Origin: Selaginella moellendorffii
Taxonomy: Eukaryota; Plantae; Lycopodiophyta
Length of the DNA stretch: 64,000 nt
Direction of reading: 5' to 3'
Assembly: GCF_000143415.4 (NCBI RefSeq)
Contig: NW_003314303.1
Coordinates: 1,115,322 to 1,179,321, forward strand
Positions 49,955-62,346 of this stretch are shown here, in pieces. The translations under genes and the position numbers were made by a program. Position 1 is the first letter of the stretch; each line of letters opens with the position of its first letter. The notes beneath the pieces were generated by a model. It ran no database searches. It saw nothing but the letters and a program-made list of their open reading frames with translations, and was not told the DNA's origin.

Positions 49955-51630
49955 ATGCGTAGCCACTTCTTCCCATTAGTTGTGCTAGCTCTACTTTCAG
50001 TTCCTGTGAATCTAACTCTGAACTTTTCATTTTTTGAAGAAGCAGCAAATGCCACATTCGTACCAGGAAGCTATGAGTACATCATTGTTGGAGGAGGTGT
50101 TTGTGGATGTGCACTAGCGGCAACTCTGTCGCAAAAGTCCAAAGTCCTGCTCCTGGAGAGAGGCGAATCCCCGTATGGAAATCCCGTGTTCATGAGAGAA
50201 GAGAATTCTGCATTGAGCATTCTGGATCAAGCTCATTCTCAAGGATTTTTTACCACAGATCTGGTACCAAATGCAAGAGCAAGAATCCTTGGGGGAGGAA
50301 GCTCTATAAACGGTGGCTTCATGACTCGTGCACCAAAGTCCGAGATCGACCGGATCGTGGGCTTGGATGACTACGCTCAAGTGAATGCATCTTATGAGTG
50401 GCTTGAGAACGGGATAGCGTCGCTGCCTCGGACTGGACCCTTTCAGACCGCTTACAAGAATGCGCTGCTTCAAGCTGGTGTCACGCCCGATAATGGTGAA
50501 ACTTACGATCATCTTCCAGGAACGAAGGTTGGAGGCACTCTCTTTGATGAGAATGGAACTCGGAGGCCTGCATCAAACTTGCTGCCTCTCTATGCGAATC
50601 TGACCAACGTCCAAGTCGTGATAAACGCTCTTGTTCAGAAGATCATCTTCTCAGGTAATTATTCAAGTTTTATAAGTTGCTTGAAACCCATGTGTTTTCG
50701 TTTCTTCTAAATAGGCTCTGGTACTCCAAGAGCTGTAGGTGTTCAAGTCATGGCCCGTTTATCCGGAAAAACGTTTGCTATTCTTCTCCGGAATTCATCC
50801 AAAAGTGAAGTGATACTCACAGCAGGTGCAATAGGCACTCCTCAGCTGCTGATGCTAAGTGGAATTGGTCCCAGAGACCACCTTCAAGCGAAGAACATCG
50901 AAGTGGTCGTGGATTCACCCGAGGTTGGAAAAAACATTGTTGACAATCCATCCACCAGAGTCTACATCCTCTCACCATCCCCAGTTGAAGTTTCTCTTAT
51001 CCAGAGTGTGGGAATCGATCCTTCTGGAACGTATTTCGAAGCGTTAAGTGGTACACAGCACAGTCCAACCGTTGTGGTCACGCAGAAGGTTGCTAACCCT
51101 CGCTCAAGCGGCGAGATCCAACTTTTAACTCTGAATGCTGATGATAATCCTCAAGTCACCTTTAACTACTTGAAAGACCCTGTTGATATGCAGACATGCG
51201 TGAGTGGAGCCAACACACTTGAAGAAGTTTTATTAACTTCCAGCTTCAGCCATTTCATTACTGGTCTTCAGCCCATGCCTTCTGGTGGCACTGTGGCTGC
51301 TCCAAATCGAAGGAATCCTTTACTGAAGCCAACCATCAACACAACTCTTGCACTATACTGTCAACTAAGTGTGGCAACCATGTATCATTACCATGGTAGC
51401 TGTAGAGTGGGAAAGGTTGTGGATCCTACTTACAGAGTTCTTGGGGTTGAAAAACTCCGAGTGCTTGATGGCAGCATGTTTGATTTCTCTCCAGGGACGA
51501 ATCCTCAGTCGACTTTCATGATGTTAGCAAGGTACAATTTTATTTCTCATTTTTATTCTTCGTTGTTTGATTTGAACTAATGAGTCGCCTTTGCAGGTAC
51601 ATGGGATTGGAAATGATTAAGCAGGCTTAA
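49955..51630 (+). CDS. GMC oxidoreductase (HOTHEAD/mandelonitrile lyase-like), secreted, 3 exons
   Basis: YEYIIVGGGVCGCALAATLS, ARILGGGSSINGG, EVILTAGAIGTPQLLMLSGIGP, YHYHGSC, PGTNPQST; exons ~49955-50655, 50714-51531, 51597-51630. Confidence 0.93.
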
Positions 51631-51777
51631 ATTTCATTGTGCTTTACTTGATTATACTTACTTAATACTCTGTAATATGCATCAACACATTCATTAACTA
51701 CGTTTGATATAATTGTCTTGGCTTAGCAGTAACACTGGTTAGTATGTTACGAATATTCTCTGTGGACTTAGGGCTTT

Positions 51778-53562
51778 ATGATCGCTCGCGCTAGCAATGC
51801 GCTGCCGGTCCAGGCGCGCGATGGGCGCGGCGACAGGGCGGAGATTCTCGCGGCATTGAAGGAGTGCGCCAAGCGCAAGGATCTAGCGCGGGGAAAGAGG
51901 ATCCACGCGGCGGCGGTGGAATGCGGCCTGGATTCCGACCTGTTCGTGGGATCTAGCCTGGTGAGCATGTACTCCAGGTGTGGCAGCGTCGCTAGATCGC
52001 GCATGGTCTTCGATGCTATGGAATTTCTGGACAGGGTATCCTGGAATTCTCTGGTGCTGGGCTATGCGGAGAATGGCGGGGGGGAGGTTGCGTTGAAGCT
52101 CTTCCTGGCGATGCAAGACGAGGGGCATTGCTCGCCGGATTCCTCCACGTTTGTGGCAGCGATCAAGGCGTGCTCGTCTCTCTCAGAGAGGGAATCAGGG
52201 ATGGAAGTGGAAGGAATGGATCGAAGAATCAAGGTGGAGTCGCTGGAAAAAGGGATGAGAATTCACAGGCAAGCTTGGAGCAGTGGATTCGAGAGAGATA
52301 TCTTCGTTGCCAACGCTTTGATCCACGCGTATGCCAAGTGTGGGAGCTTGGTGGATGCCACCAAAGTTTTCCACGCGATGCCCCGGCGTGACGAAGTTTC
52401 TTGGAACGCATTGATGGTGGGAGCGGTGGACAATGGCGAGCCGGAGCTAGCCCTGCAGCTCCTGGTTTCCATGAACAGCGAGGGACGAGTAGCTCCCAAT
52501 CCGAGAACTTTTCTAGCTGCGATCAAGGCTTGCGGCTGCTGCGCAGTGAAAGAGGATGCCAAGGGGATCGACTCCCGGCTTGTCAAGCTTGCTTCTTTGG
52601 AGAAAGGTATGGCTCTCCATTCTTTGGCTTGCGAGAACAAGTGTGACTCCAGCGTTTTCGTTGCCAGCGCCCTCGTTGACATGTACGCGAAGTGTGGAAG
52701 CATCGCCGACGCGCAAAGAGTTTTCGACTCCATGCAAGATCGCAACGTCATCTCGTGGACGTCCATGATCTTTGGCTGCGTCGACAACAGCCAAGACGAG
52801 CTCGCTCTGGAGCTCTTCCGGCGCATGGTGGAAGAGAAGCGGTGTCCTCTTGATGCCTGGACTTTCGTGGCGGCTCTCAAGGCGTGCGGGAACTTGGCGG
52901 CGCTGGAAACCGGCCGAGAGATCCACGAGCAAATCCGGGACGCTGGACTGGAAAGAGAGGCCTCCATCGCCGCGACGCTGGTCGATTTCTATGGAAGGTG
53001 TGGAAGCATGGATGAAGCTCTCGAGGCATTCCAGCTAAGCTCGCAGGAGGATATGGTGGCCTGGACGGCCTTGGTCGCAGGATATAGCAGGCAGGGAGAC
53101 ACTCCACGAGTTCTGGAGCTCTTCCAGGCGCTGCTAGACAAAGGCCTTCGCCCAGACGTGATGATCTTCTCCTCGCTTCTCTCGGCTTGCAGCCACGCCG
53201 GCTTGGTCGATCTTGGCAAGCGTTACTTCGAAGAGATGAGCTCAAAGTTTGGGCTGGCTCCCGGGATCCATCACTACCACTGCGTGGTGGATCTTCTCAG
53301 CAGAAGTAACAGGCTCGAGGAAGCGGTGGCTATGGTGGCTAGGATGCCCTTTGAGCCGACACTGGTAACTTGGACGACCGTGCTCGCAGGGTGTCACAAA
53401 TGGAAGAACTCGATGGTGGGGAGAATGGCGTTTCAGCGTTTGATTGCTCTGGACAGGAGATTAGACTCGGCCTACGCTCTTATGGCGAACATCTATGGAA
53501 GTCTCGGGCTGTGGAGGGAGAGGCAAGAGATCCAAGCGATGAGAAGTATGAACGTTTTGTAG
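51778..53562 (+). CDS. PLS-class pentatricopeptide repeat protein with E-like C-terminus (no DYW), intronless
   Basis: Repeated VSWN/LVDMYAKCGS/FLAAIKAC motifs; HHYHCVVDLLSR..MPFEP..WTTVLAGC..AYALMANIY. Confidence 0.93.
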   Translation: MIARASNALPVQARDGRGDRAEILAALKECAKRKDLARGKRIHAAAVECGLDSDLFVGSSLVSMYSRCGSVARSRMVFDAMEFLDRVSWNSLVLGYAENGGGEVALKLFLAMQDEGHCSPDSSTFVAAIKACSSLSERESGMEVEGMDRRIKVESLEKGMRIHRQAWSSGFERDIFVANALIHAYAKCGSLVDATKVFHAMPRRDEVSWNALMVGAVDNGEPELALQLLVSMNSEGRVAPNPRTFLAAIKACGCCAVKEDAKGIDSRLVKLASLEKGMALHSLACENKCDSSVFVASALVDMYAKCGSIADAQRVFDSMQDRNVISWTSMIFGCVDNSQDELALELFRRMVEEKRCPLDAWTFVAALKACGNLAALETGREIHEQIRDAGLEREASIAATLVDFYGRCGSMDEALEAFQLSSQEDMVAWTALVAGYSRQGDTPRVLELFQALLDKGLRPDVMIFSSLLSACSHAGLVDLGKRYFEEMSSKFGLAPGIHHYHCVVDLLSRSNRLEEAVAMVARMPFEPTLVTWTTVLAGCHKWKNSMVGRMAFQRLIALDRRLDSAYALMANIYGSLGLWRERQEIQAMRSMNVL

Positions 53563-53731
53563 ATAGTTGTTGCGCGAAAGTAGTGTTCTTTCAGCTATAT
53601 TGCTAGGAGGATTAGCGAAAACTCCCAAGAATTAGGCAAAGTTCTTGTCCGTCAACGATAGTCAAACTTTCTAGTCAGCAAGTCAACTTAAAGCCCAGCA
53701 ACTCTGGAAGAGCCCTAGAATTGCAGTGGCT

Positions 53732-56168
53732 ATGGCGCCCGCGGTCAGGGTGCTATGCGATCTCGCCAAGCAGAGCCAAGAGAATGCCGGCGTGGCGTGG
53801 CTGATTGGAGTCCCGTGGATGCCCTGGACGATCGTTTCCTCGATCCGCTGCCTGCGCTACAAGGATGGCGATCCAGATTACGCCGCTGAGGAAGGTAGGG
53901 TTCCAGGCACAGAGATTTCGGGGTGGATGATCCGAGAATTTGGCCAGGTGAATTGCGGATCCTTCTTCCCGGAGGGCTGGAAGTGATTGGAGCATTGCTG
54001 GTTGGATCGGATGCTGCAAAGGCGTGTGCTGTGGCCACGAAAATCCGGGAGGCGTTAAATCTGGTCTCATCGAACGATATTGTTGCTGCTACTCGATCCA
54101 TCTCTAGCGATGGCATTACGTTCTTCTCTCAGGCTCTACAACCGATCGAGCAATCTTCCTTTTCCTCGAAAGAGTTTTGGGAATCCACAGCGCTTCTTCA
54201 TTGTCAAGTCGAGCTTGGCCTTTCGATCTACACATCTTCTGGAACTTCCTCAGGTAGTTCGTCTAGACTTTTTTTCTCTTCTACTTTTCTAACTGTGTGA
54301 CATTAGATCTTAAGAAGCAGCTGGATGGGAAAATTAGAGACCTTGCCGAGAGTTTCACGAGCTCAACCACTGTATGTATTATGGAAGGATCGTCGAGAAG
54401 ATTTCTCGTTCGCTCTCAAGCTAACGAAGAGCTACAATCTGTGTTCCCAGATTCAGCGCTTTTCGACTCTTCGGTAAGCTTTCAAACACCATTTTGTAAG
54501 AACTCTGATGAGGTTTCTTTCCAGATACCACATCCTCTGGCTGTCAAGCTTTTGACGCAGCAAAGCAAGCAGACTGATCAAGTGATTGCCCCCGTTGGTC
54601 ATTACACTCCTTGTAAGTGGTGCCGGTTTGTTTATCCGGTTCTCATTTTTCTTACATAGCTGCAGAGGGAACCTTGCTACACACAGCCACGGTTTCCCTG
54701 GACGTGCTGTGCTTAGTTTCCAGGAACTCCGCCTTGCACAAAGCGATGAACACAATCACTCGTGCTCTGACGATTCAACTCGAATCCATTGGTAAAGCTT
54801 TGTCGGCAAGGAATACCAGTCTTCAGGTATGACTCGTGACTAGAGTAGAGAGCCATGCTTACTTACACGGACTATGTAGTTGCGCCCATATCATTTCAAA
54901 GTTCCCGCTAGCGTGCATCCTGTAACAGCCATCTTCGATAAGAACCAGCTTGAACGTGACTCTGGTGAGCTTTTATTACTTGCTTCAAATCGACTCACTG
55001 TCAAAGTGTGTGTTGTTATTGTAGTTGACCTCCGGAAAGCATTGCATTCTCGGCTCGGCTTGCCACTAGATCGTCCACTTTTTCGCGTTGCCAATGCATT
55101 AACTATCAGAGGGCCACAGTTCATCTCCAACAGGATTGATGGTCTGGCTTTACTTGTGTTCAAATCCGCGTTTGTAAGCACTTGGATTAAATTTTTCCAG
55201 GAAAGCGACTTTTGGATGTTCATCTCGGTCTTCCTCGTTGCGGGAGTGAGTTCTTAATTTGTATTATGTTCTCTGTTAGCTCACATCTGTTATTCATAGT
55301 TTCTGGTGGAGAAGTGAGTGTTATTGACGGCTCGTACGAGTACTATCACTACCTTCAGGATCGAATGGACGACAAAGTAAAAAAAAAAAATCTGCTTATT
55401 TTTTTTGCAACTCCCGTGACTTTGGATTGCTTGCTTTCCAGGGCTGGGGCTGCGCATATCGATCCTTGCAGACTATAATGTCGTGGTTTAGGCTGCAGCA
55501 TTACACTTCTATGAAAGAACCTTCTCACAGGTGTAATCATCAATGGTCAGCAACTAATGCTTTCTTTGCTTTTTACTTTGCAGAGAGATCCAGGCAACAC
55601 TTGTAGAAATAGGAGACAAGGAGCCTTCTTTTGTGGGATCTCAAGAATGGATTGGAGCGATCGAGTTAAGCTTTGTACTAGACAAACTTCTCGGGGTACG
55701 TGTTCACTACTCCAAAGCATGGCTCCTTTTTTGTTGTTTTCTTAATCTCTCATTGACTTGTTTGTTTCTGTGCAGGTGACTTCGAAGATACTAAGCGTCC
55801 GTTCTGGAGCAGATTTACCGGAAAAATGCCGGGAGCTTGCGGCACATTTCGACACGCAAGGCACTCCAGTTATGATCGGTACGCTTCAAGCATAGAATAT
55901 GATCTTTTCTCTCTATAACCAAGGAAGTTAAAACACAGGGGGTGGAGTCCTGGCATATACATTACTTGGCGTGGATTACAACGAACTTACTGGCGAGAGC
56001 GCTTTTCTTATTCTGGATCCTCACTACACGGGCGGAGAGGACCTCAAGACCATCCGGAATGGAGGCTGGTGTGGCTGGAAGAAGGCCGTGAGCGACACCG
56101 GCCGCGAGTTTTTCTTGCGCAACAAGTTTTACAACCTGCTGCTTCCACAGCGTCCTCAAGCTGTCTGA
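53732..56168 (+). CDS. UFSP2: Ufm1-specific protease (peptidase C78), multi-exon
   Basis: [74 protein letters not shown]. Confidence 0.93.
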
Positions 56169-57355
56169 AGTTTCAGGAAAGGTAAGTGCCAGTACGCTCT
56201 GGTATTTATAATTCTCATGCACGAGATCTTCGCGCAGGAAATCCGAGTGATCTGAGCCTGAGCGCATCAAACACAAGCAAGCATTTAAATCTTTTTTGTT
56301 ATCTGTTGCCGAAGCTCGTGAATGGTGGACATCGGAGTCACAAGTACGTGGATCAGCACTGGCTTAAGGTACTCTTTATATTTTTCTTTCTACGCATTGC
56401 GCACATGATGTTGAGTGATGGGCGATCCAGGCAGCGAGCGGGCGGAGCACGCGCACGATCGAGCAGCGAAGATCATCCATCTATCAACATATTACTTTTT
56501 GCTCGAAGCGCAACTTCACGATGTGTCTCGCAAGAACAACACAAAGGTTGGTGTCACTGTCGCAGCTTTTCGCTCACTTTGGAGGAGTGGTTTTTTCCAG
56601 TGGATGGAGTCGAGCTCACTCCATCCATCGCCAAGTTTCTACCTATGATTCCAATAACACTGATAATTTAAATCGCAGTTTGCCTCAGAGTTCTATCAAA
56701 AGCTTTTTCTTTGATGATGTTTTATATCGCTAGATTTTGTTAATCCTTTTCACGGGAATCCAATAACGGCCTATCAACAGAATCTCACGCCAAAGATCCT
56801 CGCGGGCTCGTAAAGAATATTCGTGCCGTGTGTGGCACCGCCACGTGCACGAATTTTCTGCCGACGGCCACCGCGCGTCCACCGCGGCCGCCGCTCGCGG
56901 TGGCGCTGGAGCGGGCACATGGCATACCACGTCGCACCGCGCGGGGCCTGGTTGTTTGTTGAGAAAGTATAGTACGCTCTTCGCTAGAACAGCCCTGGCT
57001 ATGGCGACGGCGAGGGGCGGTCGACCTCATCGCCACTTTGGCCACAAGAAGAGGGATTCTCCTCCATGACGATTTGCCGCTGCTCGATAGCGATCGACTC
57101 CTTCGATTGATTGCGAGATTTTCGATTCCCCGCGCACGCAGCGATCGATCGGGCGACGCCACTCTGTTTGTGTGTACCCGACGGCGATGGGCGATGGATC
57201 TTCTATCGCTCCTCCACTACCCACATTGCTTTTCGGGTGATCGCGGCGCGCGATAGCAGTGGATCTCCCGGGATTGAGCAAATCTCGCGAAGTGGAAGGA
57301 AGCGTTTTGGGGCCAATCTTGGATCCAAGAAGAAAGAACATAGGAAAACAGGGGA

Positions 57356-59173
57356 ATGAGGGCAATCCTCTTCACGGAGGAGCTCATGGGTGTGGCACTC
57401 AAATTCTCCAAGAAATCCTCTTCCATCGGCAGCTTGTGGGTGTGGTGGGAGCCCGCGATCAGCAATTCTTCCACACTCGCCCCGGATTCCTCCTCCAAGA
57501 TCATCGCCAATCGCAAGCCCAGCTCTTCTTTCCATCGGCGAATCCAAACAGGGATCTCGCTGTGCTTCGCCACGCTCCTCTTCACCGCCCTCGTCTTCTT
57601 CCTCGTCTGCGCTCTCGATTCTTCCTTCGCAATCAAGAATTTCAATCACCCCTCTTCCTCGCCATCGCCATTCTCTTCTTCTTCTTCTTCTTCTTCCTCC
57701 TCGCGGCGGCAATCCAGGGCAGCGGCGATGCAGGGAATGGGAACGATCTTCCGGCCGGGCACCAGATCGATGAGCGAAATCGTCATCGCCCACGTCGAGG
57801 AGGATCTCCCCAGCCAAGAACTTCGTCTCTTCCTACGCAACCTCCTCCGGAGTGGATTGAGCGCCAGGGCCGACGTGGTGCTCCTCTTCCCTGGCGATCC
57901 GCGAGCTCCCGGCTATGCCGCGGTGGTGGAAGAGGAGATCGAGAACTTCAACAATCTCTTGCTCCAGAGTGGCTGCTCGATCTCTAACGCTAGCACTAGC
58001 TCTAGAATCGCGAATGGATCCATGGCGCTGGGTCCGAGCTGCCGGAGAGGATCTCTTCTCCTCTCCAATTCCAGCCTCAGCCCATTGAATCTGGAAGCCT
58101 TCGCGAGGGCCGAGGAGGAGGGGCGAGCTCGTGCCGAGTGGGCACTGGCCAGAGCGCTCAAGAATTCCTCCACTCCCGGATTGAGCGAGCAAGAGATCGA
58201 GGAATGGATCCAGCGGCGCGCCGGCAACTGGATCCCGCCGCTGGGATCGATCATGGGCTTCGACGTCGCGGAGCTGGAGCCGCTGGACACGCTCTCGGGC
58301 TTCATCGATCGCCCGCCCATCCAGCTCCGGCGATGGCTGTGCTACCAGATGCTCCTGGGGATGGCGCGGCAGCACCAGCGCTACCGCCAGGTGATGATCG
58401 CGCAGGCCAAAGGAGTGTTCTTGCTGGGCGATTCGCTGCTGGCCATCGCACGGCGCCGCAAGGACAGCCGCGCGCTAGTGCTCGTCACCGAGGATCGGAC
58501 GTGGCTGGAGGAGGCCACCGCTAATCCCGGAAGGAGCTCTTCGGCGGCGAGAGAGATTCTCTCCAGCGGTAGCGGCGAGGAGGAGGAGGAGGAAGCGGCG
58601 CCGCCACAGCTTGATAAGCGGAAGAGGGCGTACGGACCCCGGCTCCGGCGGCGGCGGCGGCGGGTCGGGCTGATCGAGGAGGTGTACGGGCGCCAGGTGT
58701 GGGGGGCGATAGAGCGCGAGGACAAGGCGGAGTGGGCGGTGGTGAGCAGCGCGGTGGTGGCGGGCGGGACGCGGGCGGTCCGCGCGCTGGCGGAGGCGGT
58801 GGCCACGGAGGTGGCTCGCGCCGCCATGATGCGGCGCAGCCGCCGCGCGTTTGGCGACCAGGCGGTGCTCAACTACGTGGTGAGGAGGAATGTCAACGTT
58901 TTGGGGCGCAAGGTGGTGGAGCAGATGGTCTTCGTGGATGCCGGCGGCGGTGTTGGCGGCGACGCCGGCGTCGTCCGGGTGGTGACGGGCGGTACGGTGC
59001 CCGAGCTCGGCGGTACCGCGCGGTACGACGTGCTGGTGGCGGCGGCGGGTAGTAGCGGGGAGCTGGCTAGGATCGTGGGGGCGGATTTGTGCTCGTCTCC
59101 GCGGGAGAGTGCTGTGTACAGTGATTGCCAACAAAGTAACAGCAGCGGTGATCGTGATCATCGGGATCAATAG
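57356..59173 (+). CDS. Uncharacterised plant membrane-anchored protein, 605 aa, intronless
   Basis: Long GC-rich ORF with one TM segment (ISLCFATLLFTALVFFLV), MQGMGTIFRPGTRSMSEIVIAHV..LRLFLR..SGLSARADVVLLF, GSIMGFDVAEL.P..LSGF..LRRW.CYQMLLG; alternative start at 57386. Confidence 0.85.
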   Translation: MRAILFTEELMGVALKFSKKSSSIGSLWVWWEPAISNSSTLAPDSSSKIIANRKPSSSFHRRIQTGISLCFATLLFTALVFFLVCALDSSFAIKNFNHPSSSPSPFSSSSSSSSSSRRQSRAAAMQGMGTIFRPGTRSMSEIVIAHVEEDLPSQELRLFLRNLLRSGLSARADVVLLFPGDPRAPGYAAVVEEEIENFNNLLLQSGCSISNASTSSRIANGSMALGPSCRRGSLLLSNSSLSPLNLEAFARAEEEGRARAEWALARALKNSSTPGLSEQEIEEWIQRRAGNWIPPLGSIMGFDVAELEPLDTLSGFIDRPPIQLRRWLCYQMLLGMARQHQRYRQVMIAQAKGVFLLGDSLLAIARRRKDSRALVLVTEDRTWLEEATANPGRSSSAAREILSSGSGEEEEEEAAPPQLDKRKRAYGPRLRRRRRRVGLIEEVYGRQVWGAIEREDKAEWAVVSSAVVAGGTRAVRALAEAVATEVARAAMMRRSRRAFGDQAVLNYVVRRNVNVLGRKVVEQMVFVDAGGGVGGDAGVVRVVTGGTVPELGGTARYDVLVAAAGSSGELARIVGADLCSSPRESAVYSDCQQSNSSGDRDHRDQ

Positions 59174-59684
59174 CGTGGAGAGTTTCGCACTAAAACTACT
59201 CACAGATCGAGTGGATCCATTCGTCATCCATCACATACAGTAGCTAGAGACAGCGCGAGCGGGTTTCGTTTTGATATTGGGGGATAGGCCGGTGTACATT
59301 GTTCTTGAGAGAAATAAGCGAGATTGATCGTGATGATCATGGCTTTTGGGTGCGTGTGATCGGTGTTGTTGGGTGGTGATCTCGACTTGGGCGAGTTTGA
59401 TTTTGTTAATCCGATGGATGGATGGATCGGTTTCACTACTCATCAGTGTCAGATCGTTAGGTGGCATCGTAAGATCCTGCGCAGGAGAATCAATGCGCTT
59501 GATGTACGTCCCCAGGACAAAATGCCCGCCTGTCTGGTCGTGATCTTTGCTCACCAAAACTCCAGTTCTTTTCCCTTGGGGTTCGTTCAACTCAATCGTG
59601 GTGTCGGTCCGGTCAATCAAACACCACACTTTGGAATCGAAAACCAATGGATCCATCGATCATTTGCAACGAAATAGACAAGCT

Positions 59685-60059
59685 AACCCGCCACCCAAAC
59701 ACGAAAAAGAGGGCTTCAAAGTCTTGTCGTCGTCGATCGTAGCGAGGAGCGAGGAGATAGATTTGGATCCAACCACAAGCAACACCAACAAAAAAACTTT
59801 GAAGCCTTCTTCTTCGTTTTTGGGTGGCGGGTTGCCTGGGGTAGATTCCAAATAAAGCTCGACGGACCACGCGACGATCGAGGAGGACCAGACAANNNNN
59901 NNNNNNNNNNNNNNNNNNNNNNNNNNNNNNNNNNNNNNNNNNNNNNNNNNNNNNNNNNNNNNNNNNNNNNNNNNNNNNNNNNNNNNNNNNNNNNNGCGCG
60001 TTGCTTGTGGTTGATTCCAAATCTATCTCCTCGCTCCTCGCTACGATCGACGACGACAA
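59685..60059. repeat. Interleaved inverted repeats around the gap
   Basis: 59685-59722 with 59796-59833 (38 bp, 3 mismatches); 59724-59783 with 60000-60059 (60 bp, 2 mismatches). Confidence 0.9.
59896..59995. other. Assembly gap (100 N)
   Basis: Run of N. Confidence 1.
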
Positions 60060-61383
60060 TGCATCTACATCCCGGAATTGACCGAAAGACCATTACGTTG
60101 GCGACGGATTAATCGATCCATCAATGGACGTTGCGGTTGAGGGATTTGCCGCGAGTGGGCATTTTTATGGAGTTTTCGTGCAGCCATAGCCAAGAGCATT
60201 GATTGCATGGTCTGGAAAAGGTGGTGGAGGTGGTAATGGTGACCATCCACCGACCTCTGTCCCCTTCGCAAATTCACATGACCAGCGAGTCTTTGTTTCG
60301 TGAGCTGGGGGAAAAGGCATATGCGGTGGCATATTCACGGGTTTTGCCCTTCTGTTCTGTCAACCTTTAAAGGTTTCCTCGCCCGTCTCTTTCATTCCAT
60401 GTATGCCCAGGGAGTTATTTTAGAGGCACCTCAGCTCCACAAAATGCCACCTTTGGGCATTTTACTTTTGTCATTGTGGGTTTTGGTATTTCTTGTTTGG
60501 TGTTGTGGCAAAAGGGAGCAATGAATCAGGCCATGCGAACGAAGAGCTGGCTGGCGGTGTGTCATGTTGTGGCTGCCATGGACACGAGTACAGGGTTTGG
60601 ATTCTAGGGGTTTTTGTTCTTGGCGTGCGTCAACTTCGCAAACTTGGAAACGAGAACTTTGGAGGATTTGATATTTAATATGGGTTTGGATAGGCGACCT
60701 TTTCCTCTTTCTCCCGTTCTTTCTTTCTCGCTGTGAGCAATGCAGCTTCCCCGTGCCAATCTTTTACATCTGTGGACCTACATAGAAAAGATCATAGAAA
60801 AGAAGAGGATCACGTAACTGTTTGGTCGAGATCATCAGATTTGTTTGCAAACGAGTTTTTCAAATTGTGGGGACGCTCCTTGGTTAAACAGTTGCATGCG
60901 CTGTCCAGGATCTTGTGGAAAATTTGGCACGAACTTGTGAAGTGTCCCTAGTGATAACTTCCTTTCGTAAAAATTTGGATGTTTTCGCATCAGCTTTGAG
61001 ACCATTGTCTCATTGGGTAGTTTGATTATAGTCATTGGATCTTATCATCACAGCAACGCAATTTTCTTATAGAAACTCGAGAGTTTGACACTCGAGAAGT
61101 CGGTTTGAAATAGAAGTTTGCGTCCAGCGCTGCTCGAGGTGAGTTTGGACACTTCAAATCTCTTCTCAAGGTCAAAACCAAGCCACTTGATCAGAGAGCA
61201 GCCCTGTGTGAACTCCTTGATGATAGAGCAAAGCCGAGGAGCATTTTTCTTCGTCAATTGCTTGACTTACAGTGCTCTTAAGTTCTCCGTTTGCATCGGC
61301 CAGAAACTAGTTTTTCCAAATCCCATCAATGTTATATAAGCAGGACTGTACAATGCAGATAGAACCTTTGTTTGCTTACGTGA

Positions 61384-62265
61384 TCACACCTTCTTTGATT
61401 TCCCTGACCTGAATTTCGCAATCTCTGCGCCAACTTTGTTCCGAACATTCTTGTAAAACCCCGGGTAAGGCTCGTATCCAAACACATCATGAAGCACCTG
61501 AAAAAAACCTGCCATGCGTGAGCAAAGTCTGTAGGAAATAAGCTCCTCTCACCTAGAGCAAGACGAAGAATGGTGCCATGAGCAGCGCTTGGACGAGATT
61601 ATCCAAAAGAGCCGGCGCTCGACGCTGGATTGTTTCGCAAAGATCGTTAGAAAACCAACCATCGCTATGGACGCAAAATAGCTCACCTCAAACACTCCAT
61701 GGCCGATGAACTGCGCAGTCCAGCAAAAAATCTGGCCACCAGCAGCAACCTGGCCAAAGCAAAACCGAAAAAAAGTTGGATGATCGAAGTCCCAGCGAGA
61801 AGAAAAAAAATTTAAATCCAATCTCAAAGAAACAATGGATCAACCAGAGAAGAAAAAAAACATAGAGACCAGGAAATCGATCGAAAGAAGCAAAGAAGAA
61901 GAACTTACCTTCCATCCAAGAGAAAATCCCATTTTTTGAGCTGCCGCATTGGCCCCAATCCAACACGCCAGGCACATCGCGGCCGCCAGCGATCCAGCGC
62001 GCTTATCTAGCGCCGTGTAGAAGAGCGCGTAGAATCCAGCAAACAGGAAGCTGTAGTTGATCACCATAAAATCCTGGAGCGGCAGCGTCCTGGCGGGCAG
62101 CGGCAAGGGCATCAGCGGCTTCGGCGACGCCAGCGCCATTAGAAGGAGCGCCGTGAAGAGGATCGGCCACACAAACACGACGTGGATGCCGACATTGATC
62201 CTGTTGCTGTGATAGGCGCCATAGAAGGCGAAATGCTTCTCCAGATCGAGGATCCCTCTCGCCAT
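61384..62265 (-). CDS. DUF962/Mpo1-like ER membrane protein (2-hydroxy fatty-acid dioxygenase, MHP1-like), 4 exons
   Basis: LDLEKHFAFYGAYHSN..IHVVFVWPI, CWTAQFIGHGVFE|RRAPALLDNLVQALLMAPFFVLLE|..FGYEPYPGF. Confidence 0.92.
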
Positions 62266-62346
62266 CGCTAGAGTTTTAGGGCTCTTGCAGAGATTTATAC
62301 CCAAACGCTATCTGGCCGTACACGTGGCAGAATTAGGGTTCTAGCT

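Noticed and set aside
57203-59227. Long antisense and alternative-frame ORFs over the 605-aa gene (likewise over CYP704, PPR and RPS27a)
   Set aside because: Expected shadow ORFs of GC-rich coding DNA.
60280-60760. miRNA-like words (AAGGGAGC, CCGTGCCAAT)
   Set aside because: Only partial matches to miR159/319 and miR171, with no supporting hairpin seen.
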